Part shown: positions 36,356-45,151 of the stretch, piece after piece
How the letters are laid out: every line of letters starts with the position of its first letter
How positions within the stretch are numbered: position 1 is the first letter of the stretch
Origin: Candidatus Omnitrophota bacterium
GTDB lineage: Bacteria; Omnitrophota; Gorgyraeia; Duberdicusellales; 4484-171
NCBI GenBank assembly: GCA_021735105.1
Contig: JAIPHS010000001.1
Span: 5,484 to 69,483 of the forward strand
Length of the DNA: 64,000 nt
Reading direction: 5' to 3'
Notes under the pieces: generated by a model
Told to the model about the DNA's origin: nothing
The model's input: only the letters and a program-made list of their open reading frames with translations
The model's database searches: none
Program-made: the position numbers and the translations under genes

Positions 36356-37246
36356 ATGGATACCTACATTGAAGCATTTTTTGATTATCTAAGCGTAGAA
36401 AGAGGCTTAGCTTTAAACTCTATAAAGTCATACAAGACAGATTTAAATAAATATAAAAATTATCTAGATAAATTGGGTAGAGATAATCCAAGAAAGGTAA
36501 AAAGGGAAGATATTTCTGAGTTTATCTTTTCGCTGCGAAGTTCACTTTCTATTGGGACCATTTCACGGATACTTTCATCAGTTAAAAATTTTTATCAATT
36601 TTTATTGCGGGAAAAAATAATATCTCATGATCCTTCTAGTTTAATAGAATCACCAAAACTAGAGAAAAAAATACCTTCATTTTTAACATCTCAAGAGGTT
36701 ATTATGGTTCTTAAGGCACCAAACTTAAAAAATAATAGAGGTATAAGAGCTAGGGCAATTTTAGAAGTAATGTATGCAACTGGTTTGAGAGTCTCTGAAT
36801 TAGTTGACTTAAAAACACAGCATGTTAATTTAGAGGTAGGCTTTGTTAAATGTAAAGGTAAAGGTTCTAAGGAGCGGATTGTTCCTTTAGGTAATACTGC
36901 TAATCATTTTATTAAAAAGTATAAACAGCAAGCAAGGCCTGGTTTATTAAAAGAAAAAGAATCTGTTTTTTTGTTTCTTGCTCAAGGCGGCCATAAATTG
37001 AGCCGGCAAACTGTCTGGAAGATCATTAAAACCATGGTAAAAAAAGCAAAAATAAAAAAGAAGGTAAGCCCGCACACCTTAAGGCACTCTTTTGCTACTC
37101 ATCTTATCGAGGGTGGAGCGGATTTACGGAGTGTCCAAGAGATGTTAGGCCATGCGAATATAACTACAACTCAAATTTATACTCATGTTAATCAAAAAAG
37201 ATTAAAAGAAATTTATAACCAATTTCATCCCAGGTCAAAAAAATAA
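36356..37246 (+). CDS. xerD: Site-specific tyrosine recombinase XerD
   Basis: YATGLRVSEL, GKGSKERIVP, SPHTLRHSFATH, VQEMLGHANITTTQIYTHV, HPR. Confidence 0.92.
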   Translation: MDTYIEAFFDYLSVERGLALNSIKSYKTDLNKYKNYLDKLGRDNPRKVKREDISEFIFSLRSSLSIGTISRILSSVKNFYQFLLREKIISHDPSSLIESPKLEKKIPSFLTSQEVIMVLKAPNLKNNRGIRARAILEVMYATGLRVSELVDLKTQHVNLEVGFVKCKGKGSKERIVPLGNTANHFIKKYKQQARPGLLKEKESVFLFLAQGGHKLSRQTVWKIIKTMVKKAKIKKKVSPHTLRHSFATHLIEGGADLRSVQEMLGHANITTTQIYTHVNQKRLKEIYNQFHPRSKK

Positions 37247-37260
37247 GGATAATTATTGTA

Positions 37261-38529
37261 ATGGTTAACAAATTGAAAAGATTAAATCCTCAATTCAAAA
37301 ATTTTTTAAAAACTTCATCAAAATCAGCGAAACGATTTGGCTATAATATTTATTTAGTTGGAGGGGCAGTAAGAGACCTATTACTTAATCGGCCGGTATT
37401 TGACTTGGATATAGCAGTTGAAGGTGATGCTATACTGCTTGTTAGGCAGATAGCAAAACAGCTAAACGAAAAATTTCGCCGGCATCATAGTTTTGGTACA
37501 GCAACTTTATATCATCATGGGCATAAAATAGATTTTGCTACAGCCCGTAAAGAGATATATCCTTATTCCGGTTCATTACCTAAAGTTAAAAAATCTTTTT
37601 TGAAAGAAGATTTAGCCAGAAGAGATTTTTCTATAAACGCAATGGCAATAAGTTTAAATAAAAAAAATTATGGCCAGTTGATTGATTTCTATCAAGGCCG
37701 CCAAGATTTAAAAAATAGATTAATTCGAATATTATATCCAGAGAGTTTTTTAGATGATTCTTTGCGAATATTACGTGCTGTTAGGTTTCAGCAGCGTTTT
37801 ACTTTTAAAATAGAGACAAAGACCTATGCATTCATGAAACAGGCTATTGGTGCAGGAGCCTTAAAATGGATTAATCCTCACCGCCTTAGAGATGAATTAA
37901 TTCTTTTTTTAGATGAACCTAATCCTTATAGGTATATAAAGAAGTTTTATTTGCTTGAGAGGTTTAATTTTATAAATAAACGGATAAAATTAGATAAAGA
38001 GGATTTTAAATTTTTCATCCGAGCTCAAACTGCAATTAGATTTTACAATAAATTAGTTAAAAACGAAAAAAAAGTTAAATATTGGTTAATATTTTTAACC
38101 GGTATTTTGTTAAATCTATCTAACCATGAAGCCGTTGAAGTAGTTGCTAAGTTTGGCTTTAAAAAAGACGAAAGGTCAACTATTATTTCAATCAAAAAAG
38201 GTTTAGATAAGATAAAAAAATTAGATAAAAAGCTAAAAGCGAGTGCCATTTATAAGATTTTAAGCGGTTATAATCAAGAGGCAATAATCTTTTTTTATGC
38301 ATATTTTTCTAGAAAAAAAATACGCAGTAATATAATATTTTTTCTAAAAAAAGTATCCGGTCAAAAGCTAAAGATAAAAGGAAAAGATTTACAAAAGATT
38401 GGAGTTGAATCATCATCCTTTATGGGGGAAATGTTAAAGGAGATATTTTATTTGAAGTTAGATAAGAACTTAAATACTAAACGTCAAGAATTAAATGAAG
38501 CCAGGAATATAATTAAAAAAGGTGGATAA
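37261..38529 (+). CDS. tRNA nucleotidyltransferase (probable A-adding enzyme)
   Basis: VGGAVRD, DLDIAVEG, DFATARKEIYPYSGSLP loop, RRDFSINAMA, DDSLRILRAVRF. Confidence 0.85.
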   Translation: MVNKLKRLNPQFKNFLKTSSKSAKRFGYNIYLVGGAVRDLLLNRPVFDLDIAVEGDAILLVRQIAKQLNEKFRRHHSFGTATLYHHGHKIDFATARKEIYPYSGSLPKVKKSFLKEDLARRDFSINAMAISLNKKNYGQLIDFYQGRQDLKNRLIRILYPESFLDDSLRILRAVRFQQRFTFKIETKTYAFMKQAIGAGALKWINPHRLRDELILFLDEPNPYRYIKKFYLLERFNFINKRIKLDKEDFKFFIRAQTAIRFYNKLVKNEKKVKYWLIFLTGILLNLSNHEAVEVVAKFGFKKDERSTIISIKKGLDKIKKLDKKLKASAIYKILSGYNQEAIIFFYAYFSRKKIRSNIIFFLKKVSGQKLKIKGKDLQKIGVESSSFMGEMLKEIFYLKLDKNLNTKRQELNEARNIIKKGG

Positions 38530-38531
38530 AT

Positions 38532-38885
38532 ATGTCAATAAGAATTGATAAAATCAATACGGAAATACGCAGACAGCTTATGAAGATAATTCAAGAGGAG
38601 ATTGATGATCCAAATATAGGATTAGTAACTATAACCAAAGTAGACACCAAATCTGACCTAGAAGAAGCAAAAATTTATTTTAGTCTTTTGGATCAGAAAA
38701 AATATGAAAAAGTAAAGAAAGTATTAAATCAAATGAAGAGTTTTATTAAAGTGATTTTAGCAAAAAGAATAAGGTTAAAGAAAACACCCGAATTAGTATT
38801 TCAACTAGACAAATCAATAAAATATAGTTTAGATATTTATCAAAAGATAGAGGAGCTAAAGGATGAGGAAAACAAAAATAAATAA
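38532..38885 (+). CDS. rbfA: Ribosome-binding factor A
   Basis: DPNIGLVTITKV, DLEEAKIY, PELVFQLD; upstream of DHH gene and truB. Confidence 0.92.
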   Translation: MSIRIDKINTEIRRQLMKIIQEEIDDPNIGLVTITKVDTKSDLEEAKIYFSLLDQKKYEKVKKVLNQMKSFIKVILAKRIRLKKTPELVFQLDKSIKYSLDIYQKIEELKDEENKNK

Positions 38886-39831
38886 AATAATAGCCATAAT
38901 TAAAAACAACAATACTTTTTTGATAACTGCGCATATGAACTTGGAAGGAGATGCGTTAGGCTCTGAATTGTCCTTATATCTTTTGCTTAAAAAATTAAAC
39001 AAAAGAGTTACAATTTATAATCACGATCTTACTCCCGATGCCTATAAGTTCCTGCCCAAACACAAACTTATAAAAAATAATCCTAAAAAAAATAAGGTTG
39101 ATGTAGCTTTTGTCCTAGATTGCTCTGATTCTTCTCGTGCCGGCAGAATAGAGAATAAACTGTCTGATGCTAATATTGTGGTAAATATTGATCATCATAT
39201 AAGTAATACTTTTTTTGGTGACCTTAATTGGGTAGAACCAGAGATGAGTTCTGCTTCTGAAATGATTTATCATTTAGCTAAGAAAATAAAAATTATAAAT
39301 AAGAATATTGCTTTATGCCTTTATACTGGTATTTTTACCGATACAGGAGGTTTTACTTATGCAAATACAAATTCTAATACGCATAAAATAATAGCAGAGC
39401 TTATGACTTTTGATGTTAAGCCTCATTTAATTGATAAAGAAATTTATAGTTTATGTGTACCTGATGATATCAGATTTATTAGTAGATCTATACAAAAGTT
39501 AAAATTTGTTTCAAATCAGAAAATATGTTGGTTAGCAATATCTAGGTGGCAAGAAAAAGAATATGACTTAACTGAGATAATTTTTTCTATAATGAGGCTT
39601 TTAAAAACCCCTGATGTTTTTGTTGTTTTTAAAAAAATTAATAAAAATAGAACCAGAATTAATTTTCGTTCTTGCTCTCAAGTGGATGTAAATAAGATTG
39701 CCAAATTTTTTGGAGGAGGCGGTCACAAAAAAGCTAGTGGTACTACTTTGGATGAAAACTTAAAAGAATCTGAAAAAAAAGTGATTTCTTTCATCAAAAG
39801 GTTTACTGATGGCAAAAATACAAAAAGGTGA
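38863..39831 (+). CDS. nrnA: DHH/DHHA1 oligoribonuclease / pAp phosphatase
   Basis: GDALGS, LDCS, NIDHH, TDTGGF, GGGGHKKASG. Confidence 0.88.
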   Translation: MRKTKINKIIAIIKNNNTFLITAHMNLEGDALGSELSLYLLLKKLNKRVTIYNHDLTPDAYKFLPKHKLIKNNPKKNKVDVAFVLDCSDSSRAGRIENKLSDANIVVNIDHHISNTFFGDLNWVEPEMSSASEMIYHLAKKIKIINKNIALCLYTGIFTDTGGFTYANTNSNTHKIIAELMTFDVKPHLIDKEIYSLCVPDDIRFISRSIQKLKFVSNQKICWLAISRWQEKEYDLTEIIFSIMRLLKTPDVFVVFKKINKNRTRINFRSCSQVDVNKIAKFFGGGGHKKASGTTLDENLKESEKKVISFIKRFTDGKNTKR

Positions 39832-39839
39832 AAGTTTTT

Positions 39840-40502
39840 ATGAAAGGAATATTGCTAATTAATAAACCTTTGGGAATTACATCACATGATGTAGTTGATA
39901 TAGCTAGAAAAAAATTAAAATTTCGTAAAATAGGGCATGCAGGGACTTTAGATCCTTTAGCAGAAGGCCTTTTGGTTCTTTTGGTTGGTTCTTATACTAA
40001 GAAGTTTGAAAAATTTGTTAATTTTGATAAAAAATACTTTGCTACCCTAAAGTTAGGGGAAATTACCAATACCGGGGATTCAGAAGGAAAAATCATTGAA
40101 CAAAGAAATTGGAAAAATATATCGCGGCTGCAAGTAAAAAATGCTGTTGAAAGTTTCCAAGGTGCGATTGAGCAAGTTCCTCCGATGGTAAGTGCATTAA
40201 GGCAAAAAGGGCAGAGATTGTATAAATTAGCCAGAAAGGGTATTAATGTCGAGCGTAAACCCAGGAAAATAGATATATATAATTGCAGCTTAAAAGATAT
40301 ACGGTTTCCTTATGTAGATTTTTATGTTCACTGTTCCAAAGGTACTTATATTAGGAAATTAACAGAAGATATAGGGGGTAAACTGGGCTGTGGTGCCTAT
40401 GCAACTAAAATTGTAAGGGAAGAGATAGGTCCCTTTAATTTAAAAGATTCAATAAAACCTAAAGATATCAATGAAACTGATCTACAAGAATTTACCTTTT
40501 AA
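39840..40502 (+). CDS. truB: tRNA pseudouridine(55) synthase
   Basis: KPLGITSHD, GHAGTLDPLAEG, QVPPMVSA, CSKGTYIR; alternative GTG start at 39828. Confidence 0.96.
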   Translation: MKGILLINKPLGITSHDVVDIARKKLKFRKIGHAGTLDPLAEGLLVLLVGSYTKKFEKFVNFDKKYFATLKLGEITNTGDSEGKIIEQRNWKNISRLQVKNAVESFQGAIEQVPPMVSALRQKGQRLYKLARKGINVERKPRKIDIYNCSLKDIRFPYVDFYVHCSKGTYIRKLTEDIGGKLGCGAYATKIVREEIGPFNLKDSIKPKDINETDLQEFTF

Positions 40503-41376
40503 CAAGATTGATGGCTGTGTGGTAACTGTCGGCGTATTTGATGGTGTTCATCTTGGCCACCAATATATATTAAATAAGATTAAACGACAAGCGGAAAAGA
40601 AGAATAAGCCTTCTTTGGCGATTAGCTTCGATATTCCGCCCGAGAAAGTTTTAAATTCTAAGAAAAAGTTTAAAGGGTATTTAACTGATTATAAACAAAA
40701 GATTTCTTTAATTGAATCTTTAGGGATAGATTATTTATGGCTTTTAAAGACTGAATTAAATTTACTCCAGTTTTCTGCTGATAAATTTTTATCATATATT
40801 AATAAATATTTTGTAATTGATGAGATGATTGTTGGCGATGATTTCCGTTTTGGCATTAAGGCTGAGACTGGTAGCAGCCAATTGAGCCAGCTTGCAGAGC
40901 GTTATGGATTTGGTCTAAAGATCATTGATAAAAAAAGTTTTTCTGGAGTTCGTGTCAGCAGTTCATTAATAAGAAAATTAATAAAATCTTCCAAAATTAA
41001 ACAAGTAAAAAAACTTTTAGGAAAAAACTACACCTTAAAAGGTAAAGTGATAAAAGGTAAAGGAGTTGGAAAGCAGCTTGGTTTTTCTACGGCTAATCTT
41101 AATACTTTTGATTATGTTTTGCCCAAGCAAGGTGTTTACGCAGCTTACAGTAGGATAGGCGATACTGATTTTCTTGCAGCGGTAAATATTGGGAAAAAAG
41201 ACTTTGAAGTGCATTTATTAAATTTTTCTAAGGATATATTAAATGATACTATTGAAGTAACTTTGCTAGAGAAAATAAGAGACGAATCTAATTTTCAATC
41301 AAAAAATAATTTAGTTAAACAAATCCAAAAAGATATTCAAGCCATCACCTCTAAATATAGTATCCCTCCTGATTAA
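40471..41376 (+). CDS. ribF: Bifunctional riboflavin kinase / FAD synthetase
   Basis: GVFDGVHLGH, VGDDFRFG, VSSSLIR, LGFSTAN, EVHLL. Confidence 0.95.
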   Translation: MKLIYKNLPFNKIDGCVVTVGVFDGVHLGHQYILNKIKRQAEKKNKPSLAISFDIPPEKVLNSKKKFKGYLTDYKQKISLIESLGIDYLWLLKTELNLLQFSADKFLSYINKYFVIDEMIVGDDFRFGIKAETGSSQLSQLAERYGFGLKIIDKKSFSGVRVSSSLIRKLIKSSKIKQVKKLLGKNYTLKGKVIKGKGVGKQLGFSTANLNTFDYVLPKQGVYAAYSRIGDTDFLAAVNIGKKDFEVHLLNFSKDILNDTIEVTLLEKIRDESNFQSKNNLVKQIQKDIQAITSKYSIPPD

Positions 41377-41421
41377 TTTATACAATCCATTGTGTTGTAG
41401 TGATTTATTTCTCTATACACC

Positions 41422-41450
41422 TTGACAGCCTGATGCATTAGAGATATATT
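41422..41450 (+). promoter_or_regulatory. dcw (Pmra) sigma70 promoter
   Basis: TTGACA (41422-41427), 17 nt spacer, TATATT (41445-41450). Confidence 0.8.
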
Positions 41451-41454
41451 ACTT

Positions 41455-41484
41455 ATGTGGCATAAAGTGGAAGAGAGTGGAAGA
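41455..41484 (+). promoter_or_regulatory. MraZ binding repeats
   Basis: GTGG at 41457, 41467 and 41477 (10 bp period) between the promoter and mraZ; matches known MraZ box architecture. Confidence 0.85.
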
Positions 41485-41523
41485 AACCTTGTTATATTAA
41501 TATTTTCTTGAGGTGGCCAAACG

Positions 41524-41961
41524 ATGTGGTACGGTCAATATTTACATACCTTAGATAAAAAAGATAGATTCATCCTCCCGGCAAAATTTAGAGAAAAGAT
41601 AAAAAAAGCAGAAAATTTTTATTTTTATATAACTCGTGGCTTAGATGGCTGCCTTTTTTTATATTCAAAAAATGTGTGGAAGGAGCTAGAGGCAAAATTG
41701 CAATCTCTCTCTTTTACAAATCAAAAACCGCGTTTTTTTAATCGTCTTTTTTTTAGTGGAGCTTCAGAGATAGAAGTGGCACCTCAGGGCAGAATCATTC
41801 TTCCTCAAAATTTAAAACAATTTGCAGATATAAAAAAAGAAATAATTATTATCGGTGTGGGGAATAGAATTGAGGTTTGGGATAAAGATAGGTGGAATCA
41901 ATTTTATTTGAAAAATAAAAGTAATTTTGAAGAGATGGCTGAAGATCTTTTTCAGATGTAA
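41524..41961 (+). CDS. mraZ: Transcriptional regulator MraZ
   Basis: HTLDKKDRFILPAKFR, TRGLDGCL, QGRIILP, GVGNRIEVW. Confidence 0.96.
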   Translation: MWYGQYLHTLDKKDRFILPAKFREKIKKAENFYFYITRGLDGCLFLYSKNVWKELEAKLQSLSFTNQKPRFFNRLFFSGASEIEVAPQGRIILPQNLKQFADIKKEIIIIGVGNRIEVWDKDRWNQFYLKNKSNFEEMAEDLFQM

Positions 41962-41995
41962 ATAGTTGATTAGCTTTGATCAAAAAGGAGGTTTT

Positions 41996-42178
41996 ATGAG
42001 TAGAGGTGTCAGCAAAAAAAGAAGTAGGCATTCTAAAAACCAAGATAATCAGAAAGTGTTTGTAGGCTCTTCAATAGTTCACCTTTCAGGATTTTCTCTT
42101 TGTGACAATAAATCGGGAGAATTAGATTTAACCTCATTAACCAGCAAGCAGATTAGAAAAAAAATCGGATGGCTATAA
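41996..42178 (+). CDS. Small hypothetical protein (60 aa)
   Basis: SD AGGAGG (41986-41991) before ATG 41996; fills the mraZ-rsmH gap; no recognised motif. Confidence 0.55.
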   Translation: MSRGVSKKRSRHSKNQDNQKVFVGSSIVHLSGFSLCDNKSGELDLTSLTSKQIRKKIGWL

Positions 42179-42181
42179 TTT

Positions 42182-43105
42182 ATGGTTGTTACCAAATTTT
42201 TAGATAAAATGGAAAAAGTTTACCATTATCCAGTCATGTGGCAAGAGGTGATCGATAGCTTAAAGCTTATAGATCGAGAAGTTATCATAGATTGCACGGC
42301 TGGTTTAGGTTCTCATGCATATAAGATGATTCAGGCAAGCGAAAAAAATTCTTTTCTTATAGGCCTTGACAAAGATAGTCAATCCTTAAAAGAGGCTTAT
42401 TGGAAGCTTAAACCTTTTGAAGGTAGGTTTGTTTTGCTTCAAGAAGATTTTATAAATTTAGATAAAGTCTGTCAAGAATTTGATATTAAAAAAGCCGATG
42501 TTTTCTTCTTTGATTTAGGGATATCTACTTATCAATTAACTAATCCTCAAAGGGGTTTTAGTTTTTTAAGTGAAGGTGCTCTGGATATGAGGATAAATAA
42601 GGACAACTTTCTTACGGCTTTTGATTTGGTGAACAATTTGAGTGAGCGGGAATTAGTCAAAATATTTAAAAAATTTGGAGAAGAACGTTATTCAAGACGA
42701 ATTGCTCATGCGGCGGTAACCCATCGGCAGAAAAGTTTAATTTCTACAACTACACAATTAGCTGAAATTATTGAAAAAAGTGTGCCTGTAAAGAGTCGTT
42801 TTGGAAGAATTCATCCAGCCACTAGAGTTTTTCAGGCTTTAAGAATTGCGGTTAATCGCGAGCTGGAAGCTCTTAAGATAGCTTTACCGAAAGCTATTAA
42901 TCTTTTGAAAAAAGGAGGTAGGATAGGAGTTATATCATTTCATTCGCTGGAAGATAGGATAGTCAAACATACATTTAAGAACTTTGCATCACAGAATTTA
43001 TTAAAAATAATTACAAAAAAACCGAAAAGGCCGACAGAAGAAGAAAAGAGAATTAATTCAGCTTCACGATCGGCAAAGCTGCGTATAGCAGAAAAAATTG
43101 GTTAA
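42182..43105 (+). CDS. rsmH: 16S rRNA m4C1402 methyltransferase
   Basis: HYPVM, DCTAGLGSH, DLGIS, RGFSF, HPATRVFQALRIAVN, SFHSLEDR; start may be 42209. Confidence 0.97.
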   Translation: MVVTKFLDKMEKVYHYPVMWQEVIDSLKLIDREVIIDCTAGLGSHAYKMIQASEKNSFLIGLDKDSQSLKEAYWKLKPFEGRFVLLQEDFINLDKVCQEFDIKKADVFFFDLGISTYQLTNPQRGFSFLSEGALDMRINKDNFLTAFDLVNNLSERELVKIFKKFGEERYSRRIAHAAVTHRQKSLISTTTQLAEIIEKSVPVKSRFGRIHPATRVFQALRIAVNRELEALKIALPKAINLLKKGGRIGVISFHSLEDRIVKHTFKNFASQNLLKIITKKPKRPTEEEKRINSASRSAKLRIAEKIG

Positions 43106-43106
43106 A

Positions 43107-43463
43107 ATGCGTAAAATATCACCATTATTATCAGTATTTATTATATTTGCTTTTCTTGTAGTATACCTTCACCAAAAGGTTCAAATTTACACAACTGCAT
43201 TTTACCTGCAAAAAAATTACAATGATTGTCAAGAGCTGGCTGCTAAAAAAGATTATTTAATGCATAATTTTTCAAAGAAAGTTTCTTTATCTCATGTAAG
43301 TAAATGGGTTTTGGCAGAAAAGTTTTTCTCGCCGGAAAAAGGAAAACTTTTGGTGTTTAAGCCTAAGGATCGAATTGAGACTGATGCGGCTTCGAAAAAA
43401 TCACTTTTTGAACGTATTAAGTCTTCTGCTTCAATAGCTGATGTTTTTGCAAAAGATCGGTAA
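43107..43463 (+). CDS. ftsL: Probable cell division protein FtsL
   Basis: Single TM helix followed by a coiled-coil-like region; lies between rsmH and ftsI (mainly positional). Confidence 0.6.
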   Translation: MRKISPLLSVFIIFAFLVVYLHQKVQIYTTAFYLQKNYNDCQELAAKKDYLMHNFSKKVSLSHVSKWVLAEKFFSPEKGKLLVFKPKDRIETDAASKKSLFERIKSSASIADVFAKDR

Positions 43464-43497
43464 AAAGTAACCCGTTTCTTCCTAAAAGCCTAAAACA

Positions 43498-45150
43498 GTG
43501 AAAAAAAAATGTTTTTCTCGATTTACCGTAATATATCTACTATTTGTCTTTTTGTCCATAATCCTTTTTGCTAAAATCATATATCTTCAAGTTTATCGAG
43601 AAGATTTTTTTGATCAGCTTGCCCAGAAACAGCATTATGGACTTTTTCCAATACAAAGCAAGAGAGGTGAGATTATTGACCGTAATCAAGATATTCTTGC
43701 CAAAAGTATTCATTTTTATTCGGTTTTTGCCGATCCATTTTTTATCAAAAATAAAAATAATTATGCTAGCCTTCTTTCTGAAAAATTAAATATTTCAGAA
43801 AAAAATTTAATAGCTAAATTAAATAAAAAAAACCGTCGTTTTATTTGGGTAAAAAGAAAGATAGACTGGAAACAAAAAAAAGATATAGAAAGTCTTAATT
43901 TAACTGGAATTGGATTTATAAGAGAAAACCAAAGGTTTTATCCTGAAAAAAGTTTATTTCCTTCTGTCTTGGGGCTTGTAGGTATAGACAATAATGGTTT
44001 AGAGGGAATTGAATTTTATTATGATAATTATTTGCGGGGCAAAAAGGGATGGGCTAGGGTTTTAAGAGATTCGGCTTCAGAGCATTTGATTTTGACCCCT
44101 TCTTTGATAGAATTACAACAAGGGGCTGACTTGGTACTTACCTTAGATACTAGAATTCAATATTGGGTAAAACAATATCTAAAAGAAACAATTGAAAAAT
44201 ATAGAGCAAAAAATGGTTCGGTAGTGGTGATGAATGCCCAAAATGGTGAAATATTAGCTTTAGCAAATTCTAATAGTTCTGACCTAGAAAAAGACAAATT
44301 TTATTTTTCTAAAAATAATGCAGTTACAGATATGTTTGAGCCTGGTTCGGTTTTTAAGATTGTAACTTTAGTTGCTGCATTATCAGAAAAAATGCTTTTT
44401 GGTAAAATTGATTGTGAACAAGGTAAATTCAAAATTCCCGGGACTGTATTAAACGATTACCGTCCTTATGGAAAACTTTCTTTCCAGGAAGTTTTTTATA
44501 AATCAAGCAATATAGGCGTTGCTAAAATAGCTACAACCGTTGGTTACAAAAAAATATATAATTATATAGAAAAAATGGGTTTTGGCCAAAAAACCGGCAT
44601 AGATTTTCCCGGTGAAACTAAAGGAAGGCTTATCCAGCTAGATAAATGGTCAAAAACTGCAAGATATATTATTCCTATTGGCCAAGGTATAGGAGTGAAT
44701 TTACTGCAATTGGTGAGGGCCTTTGCTGTAATAGTAAACGGTGGAGATTTAGTAACTCCTCATTTAGGTAAAAAATTATGCGCTAAAGGTTTTTGCCGAG
44801 ACATTAAGCATGATTTAAAAAAAGATATTGTATCGGCTGAAACAGCTAATAAAGCTAAAAAAGTCTTAGTTAAAGTTGTTAGCCAAGGAACCGGCAGAAG
44901 AGCTAAAGTTGACGGTGAATTAGTTGGCGGCAAAACCGGAACTGCCCAAAAATTTGATTCAAATTTAGGCAGATATTCTCCCAGTAAATATAGGGCTAAT
45001 TTTATTGGTTTTATTGACAGCGCAAAAAAGCCAATTGTAATTGGAGTAACTATCGATGAACCCAAAAAATCACATTTTGGGGGAGCAGTAGCAGCTCCTT
45101 TATTTAAAAAAATTGCTGAAAAAATTATTAGTTATGAATTATTCGAATAA
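43498..45150 (+). CDS. ftsI: Class B penicillin-binding protein (FtsI/PBP3)
   Basis: RGEIIDRN, RFYP, GLEGIE, EPGSVFK (SxxK), SSN, KTGTAQ. Confidence 0.93.
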   Translation: MKKKCFSRFTVIYLLFVFLSIILFAKIIYLQVYREDFFDQLAQKQHYGLFPIQSKRGEIIDRNQDILAKSIHFYSVFADPFFIKNKNNYASLLSEKLNISEKNLIAKLNKKNRRFIWVKRKIDWKQKKDIESLNLTGIGFIRENQRFYPEKSLFPSVLGLVGIDNNGLEGIEFYYDNYLRGKKGWARVLRDSASEHLILTPSLIELQQGADLVLTLDTRIQYWVKQYLKETIEKYRAKNGSVVVMNAQNGEILALANSNSSDLEKDKFYFSKNNAVTDMFEPGSVFKIVTLVAALSEKMLFGKIDCEQGKFKIPGTVLNDYRPYGKLSFQEVFYKSSNIGVAKIATTVGYKKIYNYIEKMGFGQKTGIDFPGETKGRLIQLDKWSKTARYIIPIGQGIGVNLLQLVRAFAVIVNGGDLVTPHLGKKLCAKGFCRDIKHDLKKDIVSAETANKAKKVLVKVVSQGTGRRAKVDGELVGGKTGTAQKFDSNLGRYSPSKYRANFIGFIDSAKKPIVIGVTIDEPKKSHFGGAVAAPLFKKIAEKIISYELFE

Positions 45151-45151
45151 A

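Noticed and set aside
36356-37246. Tyrosine recombinase as a prophage or island integrase
   Set aside because: Length and motifs fit chromosomal XerD, neighbours are housekeeping genes, and no att repeats or cargo are visible.
41383-41408. Possible dif or Xer-like site after ribF
   Set aside because: Weak symmetry and no match to the XerD arm TTATGTTAAAT.
2402-45151. Longest-ORF starts for ybeY, purQ, purF, leuC, leuD, truB, ftsL and murE
   Set aside because: They overlap upstream genes or repeats; downstream ATGs fit family N-termini and SD spacing better.
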